In this document: positions 60,705 through 64,000 of the stretch, piece after piece
Numbering within the stretch: position 1 is the first letter of the stretch
Layout: each line of letters begins with the position of its first letter
Assembly (NCBI GenBank): GCA_903934015.1
Contig: CAIZMI010000034.1
Span: forward strand, 20,378 to 84,377
From: an uncultured bacterium
Lineage (GTDB): Bacteria > Patescibacteriota > Andersenbacteria > UBA10190 > CAIZMI01
Direction: 5' to 3'
DNA: 64,000 nt
Made by a program: the position numbers and the translations under genes
Notes under the pieces: model-generated
What the model was told of the DNA's origin: nothing
The model's input: the letters and a program-made list of their open reading frames with translations, nothing else
Database searches by the model: none

Positions 60705-60995
60705 ATGCCTGCTCATGCAGTCGCAATCACCTGCGAGTCGAATAGCGAAGCCCTGAAAGTCGCCACAGATACGGTCAATCACCTGCGAAACGGCACTGAG
60801 GCGGTACAAATATTGTACCGAAACGCAGATGATATCAATCGGGTGAAGGTCTACATTCCGGGGATAGCCCTCGAAGATGAAGAATTCACCATTTCCGAAA
60901 CAAAAATTGGGGACCCAAATTCTTCGGAACATATTATGTGTCATGTCCTCACAATCACCCGCAAGCCCCCGAAGGACATACCACAACCCTATTGA
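60705..60995 (+). CDS. orphan hypothetical protein
   Basis: GGAG SD, upstream TGTTCTTTCAA, terminator at ~61011-61040. Confidence 0.6.
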   Translation: MPAHAVAITCESNSEALKVATDTVNHLRNGTEAVQILYRNADDINRVKVYIPGIALEDEEFTISETKIGDPNSSEHIMCHVLTITRKPPKDIPQPY

Positions 60996-61083
60996 TCCGA
61001 TGGTACTGATAAACCCCGCCGCTAACCACGCGGCTTTTTTTATTTTATTTTGCATCTGCAAAATAAAATAACCCTGCGCTTTT

Positions 61084-61196
61084 ACCCTGAGCCGAGTCGA
61101 AGGGTGTCGAAGGGTATTACGTATGCGGTATGTTGTATTTAGTATGCTGTATAAACGCGACGCCGATACCACATACAGCATACCGAATACCGCATC
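61084..61196. repeat. CTTCGAC-family palindrome plus inverted 7-mer arrays (GTATNNN / NNNATAC)
   Basis: Direct inspection. Confidence 0.6.
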
Positions 61197-62186
61197 CTAC
61201 GCCGGCATCTCAATGCCGAGTAAAGCTGCCGCGCCTATCATTGCCGCATTATCCGTACAATATTTTATCGGTGGGACAATGAATTGTGTATCACCCAAAG
61301 CCGTTTTCATTGTTTCACGCAGTTTTGTATTGGCAGCCACACCACCGGCAATGATTACTTCTTGCGCACCTTCTTGTTGTACAGCTTTTAATGTTTTTTG
61401 TATCAGAATATCGACAATCGCATTTTGTGCGCTGGCGGCCACATCTGCTTTTTCTTGCAATGATAATTTTTTATCACGAATTGCGTAATAAACGGATGTT
61501 TTCAATCCCGAAAAACTAAAATCTAAATCTTCCGAATTAAACATCGGTCGCGGAAAATCAAATGCTTTTCCATAACCTTGCAATGCTAATTTTGCCAATT
61601 CCGGACCACCAGGATATGGAAGTTCCAATAATCGTGCAATTTTATCAAACGCTTCACCGGCCGCGTCGTCTCTTGTCTGACCAAGTAATTTCATTTCCAG
61701 TTTTTCATTCAACTGAAAAAGTTGCGTGTGACCACCAGAAACAACAAGTACAGTCGCGGGAAACTTGTGAATAATTGTTTCTTTCTCTGAGGACAACCAC
61801 GCAGCAGCAATATGCCCAGCAATATGATGTACCGGCACAAACGGCTTATTCCAGGCAGCCGCCAACGCCCACCCAGCCGTTTCTCCCACCACCAACGCTG
61901 GTCTCAGCCCCGGTTGCGTAGTTGTTACAATGGCATCAATTTCTTCTTTCGTAATTCCTGCCCGTTTCACTGCTTCCGCAATTACAGGAATAATCGCCTC
62001 AACATGCGCCCGTGCCGCCACCTCTGGCACTACCCCGCCCGTAATCTTATGAATATCAATCTGCGAAGAAACAATGGACGACAAAACGACGATTGATTGA
62101 TGATTAATGATTAATGATTGATGAAGTTCAACGACCGCTACGGCGGTTTCATCACAAGATGTTTCAATTGCTAAAACGCGTTTCAT
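61197..62186 (-). CDS. tsaD: tRNA threonylcarbamoyltransferase TsaD
   Basis: IETSCDET, GGVVPEVAARAH, HHIAGH, VSGGHT, DDAAGEAFDK, CTDNAAMI. Confidence 0.96.
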   Translation of the reverse strand: MKRVLAIETSCDETAVAVVELHQSLIINHQSIVVLSSIVSSQIDIHKITGGVVPEVAARAHVEAIIPVIAEAVKRAGITKEEIDAIVTTTQPGLRPALVVGETAGWALAAAWNKPFVPVHHIAGHIAAAWLSSEKETIIHKFPATVLVVSGGHTQLFQLNEKLEMKLLGQTRDDAAGEAFDKIARLLELPYPGGPELAKLALQGYGKAFDFPRPMFNSEDLDFSFSGLKTSVYYAIRDKKLSLQEKADVAASAQNAIVDILIQKTLKAVQQEGAQEVIIAGGVAANTKLRETMKTALGDTQFIVPPIKYCTDNAAMIGAAALLGIEMPA

Positions 62187-62272
62187 AGCTGAAAATGTAG
62201 CACTAGAAACCAAAAACGAGAAATTAAAAATATAAAACTGACTTAATTTTTCTAATTTCCAACAACTCCTAC

Positions 62273-62662
62273 TTACACACCGACGCGCTCACCCACAAAT
62301 TTCTGAACGACTTTTACAAGATCAATTGGCAAAAGATCTGCTTTTAGCAAAACATTTTTTGCACCCAAAGCCAACGCTTCTTTTTCCATTCCATCAAACT
62401 GTGCGTTTGAAAGTAAAATTACCGGTCCGTTTGGAATTTTTGACGATTCGACATTTAACCGACGAAGCACGCCCATACCATCCAATTTAGGCATCAATAA
62501 ATCAAGAAGAATCACCGCGTACCCCCCACTACTTGCTTTCACCAGCGCTTCTTCTCCGTCCTGCGCCACATCAACCTCAAAACCGTTGCGTGTAAGAACG
62601 ATATTGTACATATTGCGTAATGCTTCATCGTCTTCTACTAAAAGAACTTTACTTTGAGACAT
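62273..62662 (-). CDS. single-domain response regulator
   Basis: LLVEDD, LLDLLMPKLDG, LLK. Confidence 0.92.
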   Translation of the reverse strand: MSQSKVLLVEDDEALRNMYNIVLTRNGFEVDVAQDGEEALVKASSGGYAVILLDLLMPKLDGMGVLRRLNVESSKIPNGPVILLSNAQFDGMEKEALALGAKNVLLKADLLPIDLVKVVQKFVGERVGV

Positions 62663-62771
62663 AAATTATTAGAAAAAGATTAATATTTAGCCAAAAACCC
62701 GACTATCAATTTATTATAGCTTATCACAAATCGAAGCAGTAGATACCCCGAACATAAACAAATAAATTATT

Positions 62772-63462
62772 TCAGCCTGTAGATATTCCAAAAATATACC
62801 CACGAATCATGCAAAACAATTTTCTATCGTTAACCCTAATATGAATTGTGCCAAACGGAAGCGCGTACGTCGGTCTTTTATGCTTACTTGCACGACTTAC
62901 CGCAACAGAAACCCAAAACATCTCTACCGGCAATCCGATAACGTTAGCCCAATAAACCTTTGCTTTTCCTGCGTCAACGTTTGGGTGGATAATTATGCCT
63001 GGCTTTATGTTTTCATCTTTTACACATAAAATTTCTCGCAAATATCTCATAAACACCTTCACCATACAAAGATCGGAATTTACGAATGTTACTAATTGAT
63101 ACCCCTTTGAAAGTTGTTTATTTACACCCTCCCCCCCAATACAACGACGTTCCGATCATTAATAAGTCTCTTTTTGAAAGCCTTCCGATTTCCTGTTCCG
63201 CATCCTTATAAATAATATTATTCTCACGAATAATTGCTGCGGTTCGTCTTTTATTAAATTCCGTTAAATTTTTCTCTTTTGACTGACTCGTAAGACGCCT
63301 CAACCTATTCCTTGCTTTAATCCCCAACTCAATATCACGAAACCAAAAACTTAATGTCCCTTTTGATAAAATGTCTAATTGGTTCATTATTTCGCCATAA
63401 CTCTTGCCCTGCTTTCTTAAATCAATTGCCATTTTCTTTTTGACGTTAAGTACCTTTGTCAT
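62772..63462 (-). pseudogene. HTH + degenerate LAGLIDADG-like protein, frameshifted in a G7 run
   Basis: Removing one G at 63131-63137 gives LYWGEGVNKQ..FVNSD..MVKVF, joining the two ORFs. Confidence 0.75.
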
Positions 63463-63587
63463 AACCTAATAATACCATATTCTGGAGTACTATTTTATCT
63501 TATTCAGACTATAGAATAATCATCTACGTAAAATATAACCCTTCTTGCCATAATAGTTATAATTCATTATTCTATAGTCACGATTTT

Positions 63588-63659
63588 GGCCCTATCGTCT
63601 AACGGCTAGGACACGAGACTTTCATTCTCGTAATCGGGGTTCGATTCCCCGTGGGGCTA
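63588..63659 (+). tRNA. tRNA-Glu(TTC), no CCA on this copy
   Basis: CGAGA-CTTTCAT-TCTCG anticodon arm, GGTTCGATTCC. Confidence 0.94.
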
Positions 63660-63974
63660 CTCGAGATTTGTTTCGCTTAGCGAAACTATATAATGTACAC
63701 AAAACAACCAAACATCCCGTTTGGTTGTTTTGCACAAGAATCGAAGAACTCCGAGACTCTAGGCGCTCGATAGCGCCGAGTCTCGGAGCAGCATTGATTA
63801 ATGCCCTTTACGGGTGTTTTTAAATATCTTCTGTCGAATATGGGGAATCGAACGGTATTTTGAAAACATGAACTGCTTCATGTTTTCAAAAACCGAGGCT
63901 TCGCAGGAGGAGTTGCGCATCGAGCCGAAGCGAGGCGCAGCGACGGAAGCGAAGGATTCCCCGTGGGGCTACCA
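63660..63974 (+). ncRNA. structured tRNA-Glu trailer element ending in a repeat of the tRNA 3' end with CCA
   Basis: Antisense T-arm 63842-63853; GATTCCCCGTGGGGCTACCA at 63955-63974; motifs shared with the Lys and Arg loci. Confidence 0.72.
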
Positions 63975-64000
63975 AGTAATAAAAACACCGTGCCAAAAGC

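Noticed and set aside
60678-61181. 167-aa minus-strand ORF
   Set aside because: Crosses repeats and a terminator; the plus-strand ORF 60705-60995 has the SD and terminator.
1-64000. CRISPR array, rRNA, integron attC sites, reverse transcriptase/DGR
   Set aside because: No regularly spaced repeat-spacer array, rRNA-like sequence, intI or RT motif seen.

Overview
64 kb of a small, AT-leaning bacterial chromosome read with standard code 11. The gene content and style (housekeeping genes mostly without a Shine-Dalgarno, tRNA-Arg(GCG), tRNAs without encoded CCA, tRNA-adjacent LAGLIDADG-like ORFs) suggest Patescibacteria/CPR, which is an inference. Core genes are clpC (partial), comF, tyrS, valS, tsaD, two murA paralogs, gmd, an rmlA-like gene, speD and five intact tRNAs (Ser-GGA, Lys-CTT, Ser-GCT, Arg-GCG, Glu-TTC). 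One IS3 splits a fused aldehyde-dehydrogenase/nucleotidyltransferase gene and one IS200 splits a kinase. Four unexplained architectures stand out. (1) Four of the five tRNAs carry a shared, covarying structured trailer with an antisense copy of their own T-arm, and three of these also have a sense copy. (2) Three diverged copies of the tyrS 3' end punctuate a ~14 kb, integrase-free array rich in Nudix and other nucleotide enzymes. (3) A set of stand-alone orphan genes share a boxA-like motif and strong SD, most also with their own promoter and terminator. (4) Two 180-bp long-hairpin elements and many REP-like palindromes occur, several inserted in frame in conserved proteins. All calls come from reading motifs by eye; no database searches or folding programs were run.
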